Part shown: piece by piece, positions 14,504-16,162 of the stretch
Layout of the letters: each line of letters begins with the position of its first letter
Numbering within the stretch: position 1 is the stretch's first letter
NCBI GenBank assembly: GCA_027031765.1
Contig: JALVPN010000066.1
Location: 1 to 16,162, forward strand
Direction: 5' to 3'
DNA length: 16,162 nucleotides
Origin: Promethearchaeota archaeon
GTDB taxonomy: Archaea; Asgardarchaeota; Thorarchaeia; Thorarchaeales; Thorarchaeaceae
Translations under genes and position numbers: made by a program
The notes under the pieces: model-generated
What the model was told of the DNA's origin: nothing
The model's input: the letters and a program-made list of their open reading frames with translations, nothing else
Database searches by the model: none

Positions 14504-15328
14504 ATGGTAGCTACGCGCTTGCCGGCAGTGGTCGTGGGCACCATCATCTTCTCGCGGCGACGCAAGGTCCCGGTGGTGGGAGTCCACGGTGCGGGCAAGT
14601 CGTGTCTGTTGTTGAGCATGGCCTACGTGGTCTCCAAGATGGGATGGGGCCACGTGAACACCGAGTCCATGGACTACTTCAACAGTGCCCTGCGCTATGT
14701 CCTTGCGGGACAGCAGCTACCTCCGACGGTGGCCACGCAGGACATCCGGATCATAGTGAAGGACATGGAGATCGATGAGCGCAAGTACCGGCCTTTCGTG
14801 CTCAGCAGTTCGGACTACTCCGGTGCAATGTTCGAACGCGTGATGGAAGAGTACCGGCTGATGGACAGGCAGGTGCCTGTAGCGGACGAGACAGCGTCAT
14901 TCCTGAAGCTCTTCGAGCGTTCCAGTTGCCTGGTTGTCGTAATCGACCTTGTGAGAGGGCTCGGTGCCGAGGAGTTCAGGGCGGACATCGAGGCTGGCAT
15001 GCGCAAGGCTTTCTCGGAGCAGCTGGTGCCAGTGTCACGGGCAATAGAGCACGCCGTGGCCCGCAGGGGCCTCAGCAACCGGCCGGTCATGTTCGTCTTC
15101 AGCAAGGCGGACCTGCATGGACTCACAGTGGACGAGATACGACCGTACTTCGACAGGGTGATGGCCATAACCCTTGGCAGGCTTAGGCGGCTGGGCACAC
15201 CGGTCAACCTCTACACCACGGTGGCCACGGGCTGGGGCCGCGATACTACCGAGGACCAGTGGCTCCATGCCCTTGAGGCAAAGGGCGTCACTGACCTGCT
15301 GACCGGCATTGCCCGTGCTGTGGCATAG
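14504..15328 (+). CDS. TRAFAC-class small GTPase, similar to 'double-GTPase' (DO-GTPase) family members
   Basis: G1 GVHGAGKS (14579-14602), G2 PPTVAT, G3 DYSG (14813-14824), beta4 CLVVVID, G4 SKAD (15101-15112), G5-like YTTVATG. Helical insert between G1 and G2. Start is ATG 14504 or GTG 14462; an AT-rich TTGAAATA at 14446-14453 slightly favours 14504. Confidence 0.9.
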   Translation: MVATRLPAVVVGTIIFSRRRKVPVVGVHGAGKSCLLLSMAYVVSKMGWGHVNTESMDYFNSALRYVLAGQQLPPTVATQDIRIIVKDMEIDERKYRPFVLSSSDYSGAMFERVMEEYRLMDRQVPVADETASFLKLFERSSCLVVVIDLVRGLGAEEFRADIEAGMRKAFSEQLVPVSRAIEHAVARRGLSNRPVMFVFSKADLHGLTVDEIRPYFDRVMAITLGRLRRLGTPVNLYTTVATGWGRDTTEDQWLHALEAKGVTDLLTGIARAVA

Positions 15329-15437
15329 ACCCTGTTGCTGCACCATGACAACACGGGGGCCGGCCAATGACGGGGAGCACCTACGCCACTGGGGCCCCAC
15401 ACGATATCGCACAGGAATGAGGTGGTGACAGATAGAG

Positions 15438-16162
15438 ATGGGGACTGACATCGATACTGTGTCTGTGGTATACCAGGAAACCGTTGTGAGCAGCGTGGCT
15501 CTTGGACATGGAGAAGAAGCGTTCCTCCGTACCGGGCTGTTCCCAGCGTATCCGGCCCCCGACTTCGCCATGAGGGCCTACACAGCAGCAAAGGTGGTGT
15601 CACGGGGCGACTGGTTGTACGTGTCAGTGATTAGGGGTGGCCAGACTGCTGACAGCTTCGGCCGGCCCACACTCGTTGCAAGGGCTGCGAGGGTACCCCT
15701 CGTCGAGGCCGCAGTAAGACCACTCGACTGGACACGACTGTTCAGTGCACTCAGCGAGAAGACGGGGGCTGCGACACCTGCAGCTGTCCGTGTGCCCGAA
15801 CTCGACCGCGGCAAGCTCGTAGCGGCCACCCGTCCGTATCGACAACTCCTCCCCAGAGTGCTGGCCGCGGCCATGGACAAGACGCCCGCACTATGTCGTG
15901 CGCCAGACTACGGGACGGCAATACGGCTACTGTGTGCGTTCCTACTCCTTGCTCCACGCGTGGTCATGGCCAGGTCGCCCATTGCCACGGACTGTTCCAG
16001 TCCGGGTGCCAAGGGTGCAGAGCACCTCGTAGTCCAACCGGAGGTAGCCCTGACAGGAGGCACCCAGCACGAAAGACTCATCGCCGGACCACCGGGGAAA
16101 CGGAGCGCTGGACGCAAGGTGCTGACATTCGACATCAGGAGGCCTGGTTCCGGCCCCCACCC
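15438..16162 (+). CDS. GAP1-N2/GAP1-M-like (possibly DENN-like) GTPase-associated protein, N-terminal part (runs off the right edge; not in the supplied track)
   Basis: ATG 15438 preceded by GAGGTGGTGA (15419-15428), open for 241 codons: MGTDIDTVSVVYQETVVSSVALGHGEEAFLRTGLFPAYPAPDFAMRAYTAAKVVSRGDWLYVSVIRGGQTADSFGRPTLVARAARVP...LLPRVLAAAMDKTPALCRAPDYGTAIRLLCAFLLLAPRVVMARSPIATDCSSP... The ORF is solid; the family call is by motif recall. Confidence 0.72.
   Translation, partial: MGTDIDTVSVVYQETVVSSVALGHGEEAFLRTGLFPAYPAPDFAMRAYTAAKVVSRGDWLYVSVIRGGQTADSFGRPTLVARAARVPLVEAAVRPLDWTRLFSALSEKTGAATPAAVRVPELDRGKLVAATRPYRQLLPRVLAAAMDKTPALCRAPDYGTAIRLLCAFLLLAPRVVMARSPIATDCSSPGAKGAEHLVVQPEVALTGGTQHERLIAGPPGKRSAGRKVLTFDIRRPGSGPH

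Noticed and set aside
15624-16160. Minus-strand frame broken only by three TAG codons (15942, 15927, 15891), suggesting pyrrolysine or stop recoding
   Set aside because: The TAGs are the reverse complements of CTA Leu codons in the fully open plus-strand ORF, which has a good RBS. The minus frame is an antisense shadow.

Overview
A GC-rich, gene-dense region that looks archaeal: GGAGGTG/GGTGA ribosome-binding sites, TATA-like AT patches, an oligo-T terminator and N-x-T sequons on surface proteins. An Asgard-type host such as Thorarchaeia is plausible but cannot be shown from this window. It has about 12 credible CDS, two cut by the window edges, and most encode membrane or secreted proteins of unknown function. 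No RNA genes, CRISPR arrays or mobile-element enzymes were seen. Two modules stand out. (A) A plus-strand three-gene GTPase module (about 12127 to the right edge). It starts with a protein whose ends resemble SSUH2, carrying about 16 CxxCxGxG-type zinc knuckles, two TM helices and a C-terminal degenerate (pseudo) GTPase fold. Next is an intact TRAFAC small GTPase, then a partial ORF (missing from the supplied track) resembling GTPase-associated protein 1 (GAP1-N2/M) or DENN-type modules. (B) A minus-strand block (1555-9115): a 1364-aa protein with about 10 TM helices, divergent RCK/TrkA-N-like and ACT-like domains and a perfect 5x27-bp repeat, then a TM/coiled-coil protein abutting an atypical ParA/MinD ATPase, then a radical SAM/SPASM enzyme. 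Two oppositely oriented paralogous two-TM surface proteins flank block B. All family assignments are by-eye motif recognition and need HMM or structure confirmation.
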